This document shows, piece after piece, positions 39,686 through 50,077 of a stretch of 64,000 bases of DNA. This DNA is from Lachnospiraceae bacterium. Its GTDB lineage: Bacteria; Bacillota; Clostridia; Lachnospirales; Lachnospiraceae. The translations under genes were made by a program, and so were the position numbers. The stretch lies in assembly GCA_045628025.1 (NCBI GenBank), contig JAZQOU010000006.1:44968-108967 (forward strand), written 5' to 3'. The notes below the pieces were generated by a model, which was not told the origin of the DNA, ran no database searches, and worked only from the letters and a program-made list of their open reading frames with translations. Each line of letters opens with the position of its first letter. Within the stretch, counting starts at the first letter, position 1.

Positions 39686-41135
39686 TTTTTGGCTTGTTTC
39701 CAAGGCACGTCTTGATGAAGCATTTGATTTTAGCAGACTAATACATGCAGACTCTATATCAAAAAGGCTTGGAATAATTCTTTATAAGCTTATAAAACTT
39801 GTGATATATGTTCTGATAGGTTTAGTACTATACAACTTTTATGATGTTCTTGCTGTATCAGGTATTGTTGATGCATTGCCGGTTATGTCTTACTTTTTTG
39901 CCAGTGCAATTAGTGTTCTTGGTACTATTATTAGTATAAATGAGATATTGGTTGGCAATGAAGATAGTGAGTTTTTACTTTCAACTCCTGTTTCAGAATT
40001 TACACATGTGCTTATAATGCTTATAAATGTTTATTTTAGAAGTTTTATGTATGTGTTACTTATAGAAGGCACCGCAGGACTTGTGTATATGAAATATGAG
40101 ACAAGTGTTGGATTTTTAGGAGGGTGGATTTTAGGACTGTTTATTACTAATCTTCCACTTCTTGGAATTGCATGTTTGATTGGTACAATCGTCACCTTGT
40201 CAATAGTACATAGTCCTAAAAGAGATCAGATTCAATCCGGTATAACAATAGCGTTTATAGTTGCTACTGTTGCTATAGTAATTGTAATGTCTAACAAAGT
40301 CGGTGATATAGTTGCAGGTATTTCCGTTGATTCAAATATGACAAGTGAGATAATTACCCTCTTTGTTAAAAATTTCAGATTTAGCAGAATATATCAGTAT
40401 GGTATTGTAGAAAACCAGATTGGCTACGCAGTTTTGTTTCCTTTTATTTCTATTTTATGGTTTGTAGTGTATGCTTTGTGTTTTGCAGTGGGGTACAGGA
40501 CAATGATAGTGTCTTTCAGGTGCCCTGCAGATTATAAGGAATATACTTGGAGGGAGCAGAAGCAAAAGGATATTCTTTTGGCTATGTTCAAAAGAGAATG
40601 GCAAAAGGTCGTAAGATCAAAGACGTATATGATCAAAACAATGACAAGCTTTGCCATTGGTATTGTGTTAGCATTATCAACATTAGTATTTGGTGCCGCT
40701 TTACTAATGAACTTTATATCGAAAGAAGCAATAATTGGTTTGATTTGTTTGTTTATAGGTATCGGAAATACAACCTATTGTTCTTATTCAATAGAAGGCA
40801 GAAGAAATTATATAACATTAACAGCACCGGTAAACGATAGAATAATAATATTAAGTAAGGTTGCGGTTAACCTTGTTATAGCAGTTCCATATGCTATTAT
40901 TTGTGGACTGGCTTATGCTATAAGTATACGACCGGATATGGGAGTGGGAGTTCTTTATGTAATCGTACCAATACTTTATGCGATACTGGTTGCAATAGTA
41001 GGAGCTGTGGTAGACAGACGTTTTGCAGATTATTCAAAGGAGTCTGAAGAACAGGCAATGCACCAGGGTCTGTCATATATACTAGGATTTTTGCCTGGAG
41101 TAATTGTAGCCATAATTATGATGGTTGTTTTATAA
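39678..41135 (+). CDS. ABC-2-type exporter permease
   Basis: Multi-TM protein with two internally similar halves (LLSTPVS / LTAPVN); overlaps the ATPase stop. Confidence 0.78.
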   Translation: MHNFWLVSKARLDEAFDFSRLIHADSISKRLGIILYKLIKLVIYVLIGLVLYNFYDVLAVSGIVDALPVMSYFFASAISVLGTIISINEILVGNEDSEFLLSTPVSEFTHVLIMLINVYFRSFMYVLLIEGTAGLVYMKYETSVGFLGGWILGLFITNLPLLGIACLIGTIVTLSIVHSPKRDQIQSGITIAFIVATVAIVIVMSNKVGDIVAGISVDSNMTSEIITLFVKNFRFSRIYQYGIVENQIGYAVLFPFISILWFVVYALCFAVGYRTMIVSFRCPADYKEYTWREQKQKDILLAMFKREWQKVVRSKTYMIKTMTSFAIGIVLALSTLVFGAALLMNFISKEAIIGLICLFIGIGNTTYCSYSIEGRRNYITLTAPVNDRIIILSKVAVNLVIAVPYAIICGLAYAISIRPDMGVGVLYVIVPILYAILVAIVGAVVDRRFADYSKESEEQAMHQGLSYILGFLPGVIVAIIMMVVL

Positions 41136-41164
41136 CTAAAATTTGTGAATAATATAGACTTATT

Positions 41165-41983
41165 ATGGAAGAAAAAATAATACTAGCATCAGGTTCGCCT
41201 AGAAGGCGTCAATTGTTGGATCAGATAGGAATAAAATACGAGGTGATTCCTGCTGATATAAACGAAATAATAGAAGATGAAAGACCAGAGGATGTTGTTT
41301 TATCTTTATCAAAGCAAAAGGCATTATATGTTGCGAATCTAAATCCTGGACGTATTGTATTAGCTGCAGATACTATTGTTGTATATGATGGTGAGATAAT
41401 GGGAAAACCTACAGACAAAGCAGATGCAATTTCCATGCTTTCTATGCTATCTGGCAGAGTACATAAAGTATACACTGGAGTAACTATAATAGGGCGACAT
41501 AAAGAGCTAGATAGCTTTTATGAAATGACAGAAGTATACATGGCAGAGAATGATAGACAAACTATTGAAGAATACGTTGCTACAGGTGAGCCCATGGATA
41601 AAGCTGGCGCGTATGGAATACAAGACAGGGGGGCCATACTTGTAAAAAAAATAAATGGTGATTATTACAATGTAGTGGGATTACCAATAAATGGTGTTTA
41701 TCAGAAACTTGTAGTAGAAAAAATATTGCCATCAAAGAATCAGCACGTAACGTATATACTTGAATGTAAGGATAAAACCTTATATACAGGCTATACAAAT
41801 GATATGAGAAAAAGATTAAAGGCACATAATGATGGAAAAGGTGCTAAATATACAAGAGGCCGTGGCCCAGTAAAACTGCTTTATTACGAAATAAGCAATA
41901 CAAAAGAAGAGGCAATGCAAAGAGAGTACGCAATAAAGCAGATGACTAGAGAAGAAAAGCTAGAATTGATAAAGGCATTCTAG
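41165..41983 (+). CDS. maf: Maf-family NTP pyrophosphatase fused to a GIY-YIG (UPF0213-like) domain
   Basis: [31 protein letters not shown], then in frame [42 protein letters not shown]. Confidence 0.9.
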   Translation: MEEKIILASGSPRRRQLLDQIGIKYEVIPADINEIIEDERPEDVVLSLSKQKALYVANLNPGRIVLAADTIVVYDGEIMGKPTDKADAISMLSMLSGRVHKVYTGVTIIGRHKELDSFYEMTEVYMAENDRQTIEEYVATGEPMDKAGAYGIQDRGAILVKKINGDYYNVVGLPINGVYQKLVVEKILPSKNQHVTYILECKDKTLYTGYTNDMRKRLKAHNDGKGAKYTRGRGPVKLLYYEISNTKEEAMQREYAIKQMTREEKLELIKAF

Positions 41984-41987
41984 GAAT

Positions 41988-42779
41988 TTAAACACGCAGA
42001 ATATCAACAGTATGAGCACTTGCACCCATTAAATCTGGGCGTTCGCAGACAGACAGCTGATAGTTAATAAAAGCAGAGAATTCTTCATCACTAAGCTGAT
42101 TTAAGTACGGCCTGATGTAATTGGCAGCACCGTCTACAGCTATGATTTTTTCTCTTGAGACATTAGCATGAGAGTTTAGTCTGTTTATGTCCTCTAATCG
42201 CATGAAATTATATAATGTGTTCTCAACAGGAATAGTATGGAAGTCTTCGCTTAGACTTCCTTCTTTTATATTATCTAAAACATGCTTCTCTTTGAATGCG
42301 TATGTTATAACTGCGTATTCATTCATTACATAAGCAACAAGTATATATCCCCCATTTTTGGTAACACGCTTGGCTTCCTCTAACGCTTTAAGCTGTTCTT
42401 CAAAGGAAAGTAAGTGATACATAGGCCCGAACAATAATGTAATGTCAAAGGAATTATCTTCAAATCTTTTAAGCTTTAGAGCATTACCTTGATAGGCGTG
42501 AACTAAGCTGCTTTTTTGCTTGAGTAAGCCAAGATTGTGCTTTACTAATTCAACAGCTGTAACATCAAAGCCTTCATTTGCTAGGGCAATACTGTAACGA
42601 CCAGTTCCTGCGCCTATATCGAGAATATGTATATTAGAGGGTTCTATATCATCGCTAGATAATAAAGCAAGACAATCGTGTATATATTTCATAGATATGG
42701 TGTATTCAACCTGACCATGTCGTGAATTTAGACGTTTGTCTTCGTTAAATTTGTTGTAGTATTCTTCTAAATTTGTCAT
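41988..42779 (-). CDS. Class I SAM-dependent methyltransferase
   Basis: ILDIGAGTGRYS, AVELV, FGPMYHL; start ATG 42779 preferred. Confidence 0.9.
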   Translation of the reverse strand: MTNLEEYYNKFNEDKRLNSRHGQVEYTISMKYIHDCLALLSSDDIEPSNIHILDIGAGTGRYSIALANEGFDVTAVELVKHNLGLLKQKSSLVHAYQGNALKLKRFEDNSFDITLLFGPMYHLLSFEEQLKALEEAKRVTKNGGYILVAYVMNEYAVITYAFKEKHVLDNIKEGSLSEDFHTIPVENTLYNFMRLEDINRLNSHANVSREKIIAVDGAANYIRPYLNQLSDEEFSAFINYQLSVCERPDLMGASAHTVDILRV

Positions 42780-42981
42780 AGTAGGTGAATTATAACAGAA
42801 GATAGCCATAAAAACACACTTATTGAAAAATAATATCAGTTATTAGGTATATTAGAACGAACTATAGTATTGAATATTGGGGTATAATATTGAAGGATTT
42901 AAAATGTAGTGTTTGACAATATCATTATTGGTCAGATTATAAATAAAACTGATATAGAATAATAAAAAGGATAAATATACT

Positions 42982-45570
42982 ATGGATCAATATAATGTAA
43001 CTGGAATGAGCTGTGCAGCTTGCCAAAGCAGAGTTGAAAAGGCAGTAAGTGCTGTTGATGGTGTTGAAAGCTGTGCAGTAAGTCTATTGACAAATTCAAT
43101 GGGAGTAGAGGGTGTGGCAGCACCATCAGATATAATCAGGGCGGTAGAGGCTGCTGGTTATGGTGCGACGCTAAAAAATAATAAAGACAATAATAAAAAA
43201 ACAAATTATGAAGATGAATTAGAGGATAGGGAAACACCTTTAATGAAAAAGCGTTTAATCGCATCAATTATTCTGCTGGTACCTCTTATGTATGTATCCA
43301 TGGGGCATATGATGTGGAATTGGCCAATACCGTCATTTGCTGTGGGAAATCATATTGGAATTGGAATATATGAAATGCTTCTGGCTGGAATAATAATGGT
43401 GATAAATCAGAAGTTTTTCATAAATGGTTTTAAAGGATTGATTCATAAATCCCCTAATATGGATACACTTGTTGCACTTGGATCTATGGCATCTTTTGCA
43501 TGGAGTACATATTCATTATTCGCAATGAGTGTAGCTGTCACAAAGGGTGATAGTAGTCTGGCAATGCGTTATATGGATGATTTGTATTTTGAGTCGGCGG
43601 CTACAATACTTACACTTATAACTGTTGGAAAAATGCTGGAAGCCAGATCAAAAGGAAAAACTACCGACGCGCTAAAGGCTTTGATGAAGCTTGCTCCGCA
43701 ATCAGCGACTATAATAAAGAATGATGTTGAAGTAGTTGTATCTGTTGACGAGGTAAGAACAGGAGATAAAGTTGTTATTAAACCAGGAGAATCAATTCCT
43801 GTAGACGGTATAGTTATTGAGGGAACAAGTGCCGTAAATGAATCTGCTTTAACTGGAGAGAGCCTTCCAATAGATAAAAAGCCAAATGATATGGTTTCTG
43901 CGGCGACAATTAATACTTCGGGATATTTGGTATGCGAGGCTACAAGAGTGGGAGAGGATACAACTCTTTCAGAAATAATAAAAATGGTAAGTGATGCCGC
44001 AGCAACTAAAGCTCCGATAGCAAAAGTTGCCGATAGAGTTTCTGGAATCTTTGTACCTGCTGTTATGACTATTTCAGCCATTACATTTATTGTGTGGCTA
44101 TTTACAGGACAAACAATCGGATATTCTCTTGCCAGAGCGATTTCAGTACTTGTTATATCTTGTCCATGCGCCTTAGGATTGGCAACCCCAGTTGCCATAA
44201 TGGTTGGAAATGGATTGGGAGCAAAACATGGTATATTATTTAAAAATGCTGTTTCGTTAGAAGAGACTGGAAAGACACAGATAATAGCACTTGATAAAAC
44301 TGGAACTATTACAACAGGTGTAATGTCGGTAACAGATGTTATACCAGCCGAAGGAGTTGAAGAGAAGGAACTTCTTAGAATGGTATACACATTAGAGGAA
44401 AAGAGTGAACATCCTATTTCAAAAGCACTTTGTAATTATGCAAAAGAAAGAGAAATGGCTGTAAGTTCTACAATTAGTGATTTTGAGGTAGTACCAGGCA
44501 GTGGACTAAAAGCGATAATTGATGGGGATGAGGTAATAGGAGGAAACGCAAACTACATAAAGCATAGTCTTAAGGAGAAGACCAGCAATATATGGGCAAG
44601 CATTGATGAACTGTCTTCACAGGGGAAAACGGTTGTACTATTTGAAAGAAATGGAAGTTTATTAGGTCTTGTAGCTGTTGCGGATACTATTAAGGCTGAT
44701 TCACATGATGCTATTAGTCAGCTTAAGAATATGGGCATTCATGTGGTTATGCTTACAGGAGATAATGAAAAAACAGCCAAAGCAATTGCACAAAAAGCTG
44801 GTGTTGACGAAGTAGTTGCTGAAGTGAAGCCGGATGGCAAAGAAGCAGTTATCAAAGAACTAATGAGCTACGGAAAGGTAGCAATGGTTGGAGATGGAAT
44901 AAATGATGCTCCAGCATTGACTAGAGCTAATATTGGAATAGCTATTGGCGCAGGAACGGATGTTGCTATTGATGCAGCGGATGTAGTTTTGATGAAAAGT
45001 AGTCTTATGGATGCAGTTTCTGCTATAAGAGTTAGCAGAGCAACATTAAGAAATATACATCAGAATCTGTTTTGGGCGTTTTTCTATAATATTATTGGCA
45101 TACCTCTTGCAGCAGGATGCTATATAGCTGCATTTGGCTGGACATTAAACCCTATGTTTGGTGCGGCAGCAATGAGCTTGTCAAGCTTTTGCGTGGTATC
45201 TAATGCGCTAAGATTAAACTTTGTAAATATAAAAGCATCTAATAAAGATAAAAAGGTTAAAAATTCTGTTGTTGGTCCATTATTAAAATCAAATAAAGAT
45301 AAGCCATCTACAGAAGTAAATAATATAGCCATAGAAATGGCAGAAAGTGAGGATATTAGGAGTATGAAAATTTGTGTAAAAGGAATGATGTGTGGACACT
45401 GTGAGGCACATGTAAAAGAAGCGTTAGAAAAGCTTGAAGGAGTAACAGAGGCGGTATGTGATCATGAGGCAAATCTTGTTACAATTACAACAAGCACAGA
45501 TGTAGCAGAAACAGTAATTAAAGAAGCTGTTGAAGCTGCAGGATATGAGTATGCTGGAGTTATAGAATAA
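42982..45570 (+). CDS. copA: P1B-1 type (Cu+) P-type ATPase with N- and C-terminal HMA domains
   Basis: GMSCAAC, TGES, CPCALGLATP, DKTGT, SEHP, GDGINDAP, YN/MSLSS, C-terminal GMMCGHC. Confidence 0.93.
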   Translation: MDQYNVTGMSCAACQSRVEKAVSAVDGVESCAVSLLTNSMGVEGVAAPSDIIRAVEAAGYGATLKNNKDNNKKTNYEDELEDRETPLMKKRLIASIILLVPLMYVSMGHMMWNWPIPSFAVGNHIGIGIYEMLLAGIIMVINQKFFINGFKGLIHKSPNMDTLVALGSMASFAWSTYSLFAMSVAVTKGDSSLAMRYMDDLYFESAATILTLITVGKMLEARSKGKTTDALKALMKLAPQSATIIKNDVEVVVSVDEVRTGDKVVIKPGESIPVDGIVIEGTSAVNESALTGESLPIDKKPNDMVSAATINTSGYLVCEATRVGEDTTLSEIIKMVSDAAATKAPIAKVADRVSGIFVPAVMTISAITFIVWLFTGQTIGYSLARAISVLVISCPCALGLATPVAIMVGNGLGAKHGILFKNAVSLEETGKTQIIALDKTGTITTGVMSVTDVIPAEGVEEKELLRMVYTLEEKSEHPISKALCNYAKEREMAVSSTISDFEVVPGSGLKAIIDGDEVIGGNANYIKHSLKEKTSNIWASIDELSSQGKTVVLFERNGSLLGLVAVADTIKADSHDAISQLKNMGIHVVMLTGDNEKTAKAIAQKAGVDEVVAEVKPDGKEAVIKELMSYGKVAMVGDGINDAPALTRANIGIAIGAGTDVAIDAADVVLMKSSLMDAVSAIRVSRATLRNIHQNLFWAFFYNIIGIPLAAGCYIAAFGWTLNPMFGAAAMSLSSFCVVSNALRLNFVNIKASNKDKKVKNSVVGPLLKSNKDKPSTEVNNIAIEMAESEDIRSMKICVKGMMCGHCEAHVKEALEKLEGVTEAVCDHEANLVTITTSTDVAETVIKEAVEAAGYEYAGVIE

Positions 45571-45619
45571 TACTAGTAGTTTAGCATTAAATGTGATAGA
45601 CTATCGAAGAATTAAATAA

Positions 45620-45800
45620 TTTGTAGGTGTCGGATGAGCTTTGTGGTGCTAGCTGCAAGAGCTTGGTTTCGATGAAAAGGGAAACAGGTGAAAGGCCTGT
45701 GCGAACTCGTCACTGTATTGATTAGATTGCTGCTTATGTCACTGAGAGATTGGGAAGGCGTAGTAAATTGTATATCAGAGCCAGGAGACCTGCCTATAAA
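45620..45800 (+). ncRNA. Cobalamin riboswitch
   Basis: AGGTG..AAAAGGGAAACAGGTGAAAGGCCTGTGCGAACTCGTCACTGTA..CACTGAGAGATTGGGAAGG..GAGCCAGGAGACCTGCC; lies upstream of cob/cbi genes. Confidence 0.95.
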
Positions 45801-45868
45801 GGACTAAAAGACCACGAGTAATTGGTTATGTCAAAAGTGGTAGATTACCGCTTGTTTATGATGTTTAC

Positions 45869-45905
45869 AAAGCTCTTGGATTATAATCTAAGAGCTTTTT
45901 GTTTT
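45869..45905 (+). terminator. Riboswitch expression-platform terminator
   Basis: AAAGCTCTTGGA-TTATAA-TCTAAGAGCTTTTT-GTTTT between the aptamer and the first gene. Confidence 0.85.
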
Positions 45906-45939
45906 CACTATAACCATTGCTGTGAAAAATGGAGGAACT

Positions 45940-47529
45940 ATGAAAAAAAGAATTATTGCATCTATATGTGTACTAACGATGAGTATTGGATTAATTAGCG
46001 GTTGTGGTGCTAATAGCGAATCAAAGGCTGAGCAAGCTACACAGGTCTTGTCAGATCAAGAGAAGGCGGATATTGTTGCTGGATTAATAGATGATATTTA
46101 TGTGCAGCAAAGAACTGACAAGACAGACGAACAATGTGCAAAGGCAAAGGCTGCTTGGGATGAATTAACAGACGAGCAAAAGGCTCTTGTTAGTGGAGAA
46201 AATGCTGATCCAGATTATTTTGGCAGAGATACTGGTGATGCAAGTAAGGATGATTCGGGAAATCAGGATGAAATTGGTGAAAATGAATTATTAGTTGTAA
46301 GCTTTGGAACTTCATTTAATGATTCCAGAGTGAGCGATATATTAGGCATTGAAAATGCGCTAAAAGAAGCTTTTCCAGGCTGGTCAGTAAGGCGTGCTTT
46401 TACAGCGCAGATTATTATTAATCATATCCAGGCAAGAGATGATGAGCATATTGATAATGTTGAACAAGCTCTTGATAGGGCCGTGGAAAATGGTGTAAAG
46501 AATTTACTTATTCAGCCAACACATCTTATGCATGGCGCTGAATATGATGAATTGGTTGATGCTGTAGAAAAATATACAGACAAATTTGATAACATTACTA
46601 TAGCTGAACCACTTCTTGGAACTGTTGGAAAAGACGCATCAGAGACAAACGATGACAAAAAAATAGTAGCAGAAGCAATTACTGCTGAGGCAGTAAAGAC
46701 AGCTGGTTATGATTCTATAAATGAAGCTGCAGATGATTCTGTTGCGTTTGTATTTATGGGTCATGGAACATCTCATACAGCAAAAGTTACATATTCACAA
46801 ATGAGTGCTCAGATGAAAGAGCTTTCATATAAAAATGTCTTTATTGGAACAGTTGAAGGTGAGCCGGAAGAAACTGAAGTAAGTGAAGTGATAGCTGCAG
46901 TTAAAGAAGCAGGCTATAAAAATGTAATATTAAGACCGCTCATGGTAGTGGCTGGAGACCATGCAAATAATGATATGGCTGGGGATGAGGATGATTCATG
47001 GAAATCATTATTTTTAGCTGATGGCTCATTTGAAAGAGTTGAATGTCAAATTGAGGGCCTTGGCAGAATAGATGCTGTGCAGGATTTGTATGTTCAACAT
47101 TCAATGGATGCTATTGAAAATGGTGAGTTTGTTATAGAATGTGGTAATACAAGCTCAACATTAGAGGATGGCGTGTATTTGGCAGAGTTTAAAACTGATT
47201 CGGGGATGTTTCATGTGAATGAAGCAAACGAAGGAAAGGGAAAGCTGACTGTTAAAAATGGAAAAATGACAATACATGTTTCTCTTGCAGGAACTGGTAT
47301 AGAAAAGTTGTATGTAGGATTAGCAGATGATGCTAAGAAGGCAAGCACTAAAGAATTGTTAATGCCGACGAATGATACTGTTACTTACTCAGATGGTGAA
47401 ACAGAGGAAGTATATGGATTTGACATTCCTGTAGAAGCTCTTGATAAGGAATTTGATGTTGCATTGATAGGTTCAAAGGGTGTTTGGTATGATCACAAAG
47501 TGAGTGTATCAAATGCAATTGCTGAGTAA
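45940..47529 (+). CDS. cbiK: Lipoprotein CbiK-family cobaltochelatase with an extra C-terminal NEAT-like domain
   Basis: Lipobox LISGC; LVVSFGTS, RAFTAQII, FMGHGT, GTVEG, PLMVVAGDHANNDMAG; extra domain of about 120 aa from 47161. Confidence 0.88.
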   Translation: MKKRIIASICVLTMSIGLISGCGANSESKAEQATQVLSDQEKADIVAGLIDDIYVQQRTDKTDEQCAKAKAAWDELTDEQKALVSGENADPDYFGRDTGDASKDDSGNQDEIGENELLVVSFGTSFNDSRVSDILGIENALKEAFPGWSVRRAFTAQIIINHIQARDDEHIDNVEQALDRAVENGVKNLLIQPTHLMHGAEYDELVDAVEKYTDKFDNITIAEPLLGTVGKDASETNDDKKIVAEAITAEAVKTAGYDSINEAADDSVAFVFMGHGTSHTAKVTYSQMSAQMKELSYKNVFIGTVEGEPEETEVSEVIAAVKEAGYKNVILRPLMVVAGDHANNDMAGDEDDSWKSLFLADGSFERVECQIEGLGRIDAVQDLYVQHSMDAIENGEFVIECGNTSSTLEDGVYLAEFKTDSGMFHVNEANEGKGKLTVKNGKMTIHVSLAGTGIEKLYVGLADDAKKASTKELLMPTNDTVTYSDGETEEVYGFDIPVEALDKEFDVALIGSKGVWYDHKVSVSNAIAE

Positions 47530-47542
47530 TTTGGAGAGATAA

Positions 47543-49060
47543 TTGAGAATACTAAAAAAAGCATCAGGCTTAATTATTTGCACAATTATTTTATTGTCTA
47601 TTGTAGCATGTGCTATGGGGGCTAAAAACGCTCCTATGGCAGATGGTACGGTAGGCGTTTTTTTGTCTTTAGAAGGTGGATCAGGCAAAGCAACTGTTGA
47701 AAGGGAGTCTGTAATGACTACAAAAGATGGGATTTCAACAGTAGAGATAAAATGGTCTAGTCCTAATTATGATTATATGATTGTAGGAGATGAGAAAATA
47801 TATCCTGTAAATCAAGAAGGTAATTCTGTCTTTGAAATACCAGTTGTTATAATGGACGAGCCGTTTAAAGTAATTGCTGATACAACAGCTATGAGTAAGC
47901 CACATGAGATAGAATATTATCTAACCGTATCTTTTGAAGATAAACAAATAAAAGAGACAGACGCTATTAGTAATAGTATTTTTCAAGAGAAACAAAACGT
48001 TGATGAGATAGAAAAGTGGATACTAGACAATATAGGTGACCCAAAAGAGGTAGAACTTCAATACTCAAAAGGCTTTAGGTTGCAAAATTTTGATAGTGGC
48101 GATGTGGTTATTGTAGTTAACGGCTGTGATTATTATTTGATTACTAATAACAAAAAGTTTTTAGAAAAAAATAATAATGTGTTAAAAGAGATTAATGTAA
48201 TTCCTGCATTACCTGAGAATATATATGTAGTAGGCTCTGGGTCTATGGACTATTTCGTGGCGCTGGACTCTCTTGATAAAGTAAAGTATTCATCTCTCGA
48301 AGAAAAAGACTGGTCATTAAACAAGGTTAAAAAGGCAACTAGTGTTGGAAATATAAAATATGCGGGAAAGTATTCTGCACCGGATTTTGAAATGTTATTA
48401 AACAATGGATGCGATCTTGTTGTTGAAAACGGAATGATTAATCATTCACCGGAGGTTTTACTTCAGTTAAAAAATTTGAGATTTCCAGTATTTATAGATT
48501 ATTCAAGTTATGAAACAACAGTATTAGGTCGAATGGAGTGGATTAAAGCATATGGAGCGATAATTGGAAAAAGTGATGCAGCTTATAATGCTTTTGAAGA
48601 ACAAAAGAAAGTTATTAATGATAATAAATCAATACAAAATATAGATTGTAGTATAGGATTTTTTTCAATCAATTCGTCAGGAACAGTTTCTGTTAGAAAA
48701 CAAGATGATAATATTTACGACATGATAAAGCTTGCGGGTGGTAAAAACGGTTTTAAAGGTCTTATAAAAGACAAAGGAACGGGATCAACAACCATTCAGC
48801 TTGAAGCCTTTTATCCATTTGCTAAAGACTGTGACATTTTGATATATAACTCAACGATTTCTGGTGAAATAAAATCAAAGGACGAGTTAGTAAAAAAATG
48901 TCCATTAATAACAAATTGTAAGGCATACAAAGAAGACAGAATCTATTGTACAAGTATAGGCTTTTATCAGGCGGTAATGGAGCTGGGAAATATAACAGCT
49001 GATATTAATCGCATAATAAACGGTTCAGACGATATTACATATTTATACAAAATACCATAA
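47543..49060 (+). CDS. BtuF/siderophore-type ABC binding lipoprotein with an extra N-terminal NEAT-like domain
   Basis: Lipobox-like IVAC; N-domain GGSGKA..WSSPNYDYM..DTTAMSKPHEIEY; binding-protein part GKYSAPDFE, LGRMEWIK. Confidence 0.82.
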   Translation: MRILKKASGLIICTIILLSIVACAMGAKNAPMADGTVGVFLSLEGGSGKATVERESVMTTKDGISTVEIKWSSPNYDYMIVGDEKIYPVNQEGNSVFEIPVVIMDEPFKVIADTTAMSKPHEIEYYLTVSFEDKQIKETDAISNSIFQEKQNVDEIEKWILDNIGDPKEVELQYSKGFRLQNFDSGDVVIVVNGCDYYLITNNKKFLEKNNNVLKEINVIPALPENIYVVGSGSMDYFVALDSLDKVKYSSLEEKDWSLNKVKKATSVGNIKYAGKYSAPDFEMLLNNGCDLVVENGMINHSPEVLLQLKNLRFPVFIDYSSYETTVLGRMEWIKAYGAIIGKSDAAYNAFEEQKKVINDNKSIQNIDCSIGFFSINSSGTVSVRKQDDNIYDMIKLAGGKNGFKGLIKDKGTGSTTIQLEAFYPFAKDCDILIYNSTISGEIKSKDELVKKCPLITNCKAYKEDRIYCTSIGFYQAVMELGNITADINRIINGSDDITYLYKIP

Positions 49061-50065
49061 ATGAGAAGACGAAATATAATTATAAAATACATAATACTAA
49101 TGATTTTATTACTTTTAGCTTTTGCGCTAAATATTTGCTTAGGCTCAGTGTCAATTAGAGTAGATGAGGTGTTAAAAATACTGATTGGGCAAGGTGTGGA
49201 CTATGTGACAAGGGATATTGTAATAGCCATAAGACTCCCAAGGGCAATAAGTGCAATTCTTACTGGCGGAGCATTAGCCTTGTCTGGTTATCTGCTTCAA
49301 GCATTTTTTAGAAATCCGATTGCAGGACCATTTATTTTAGGTATTTCTTCTGGAGCAAAGCTTATGGTTGCATTAATGCTTTTAGCTGGTGGGGGAATTG
49401 CTATAGGAGGGGCGTATGGAATGATTGCAGCGGCCTTCTTAGGAGCAATTCTTTCGATGCTTTTTGTTTTGTTGTGTTCTAAAAAGGTCAATAGCATAGG
49501 CTTTCTTTTGGTCTGTGGAGTTATGATTGGATATATATGTACCGCAATAACAGATTTTATAGTTACTTTTGCATCTGATGCAGACATTATTAATTTACAT
49601 AACTGGTCGAGAGGCTCCCTTTCTGGAATGACATGGGAGACAAGTGCAATAATGACTGGTGTAATACTAGTTGTTAGTGTTGTTGTTTTCTTTATGTCAA
49701 AGCCAATGAGTGCATATATTATGGGTGAATCATATGCAGTAAGCTTGGGGTTGAACATTAAGCTTTTTAGAACAGTCATGGTAATTCTTTCAAGTATGCT
49801 TGCTGCAACTGTAACCGCATTTGTTGGTCCGGTATCATTTGTTGGTATTGCGGTACCACATATAGCACGTTTTGTTTTTAAGGATAGTAAGCCGATCATG
49901 ATTATTCCTGCCAGCTTTATTATTGGAGGAACCTTCACTCTAGGATGTGACTTAATAGCTAGATTAATACTATCTCCAACAGAATTGTCTATTAGTACAG
50001 TAACAGCAATTTTTGGAGCGCCAATAGTAATATATTTACTAATACAAAATAAGATGGGACATTAA
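49061..50065 (+). CDS. FecCD/BtuC family ABC permease
   Basis: IRLPRA, QAFFRNPIAGPFILGISSGA, GPVSFVGIAVPH. Confidence 0.93.
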   Translation: MRRRNIIIKYIILMILLLLAFALNICLGSVSIRVDEVLKILIGQGVDYVTRDIVIAIRLPRAISAILTGGALALSGYLLQAFFRNPIAGPFILGISSGAKLMVALMLLAGGGIAIGGAYGMIAAAFLGAILSMLFVLLCSKKVNSIGFLLVCGVMIGYICTAITDFIVTFASDADIINLHNWSRGSLSGMTWETSAIMTGVILVVSVVVFFMSKPMSAYIMGESYAVSLGLNIKLFRTVMVILSSMLAATVTAFVGPVSFVGIAVPHIARFVFKDSKPIMIIPASFIIGGTFTLGCDLIARLILSPTELSISTVTAIFGAPIVIYLLIQNKMGH

Positions 50066-50077
50066 GGCATATAAAAT

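Noticed and set aside
42860-42945. CsoR or CopY operator upstream of copA
   Set aside because: Only a half-site-like GGGGTAT and an imperfect TGACAATA/TATTGGTCA repeat; no full match
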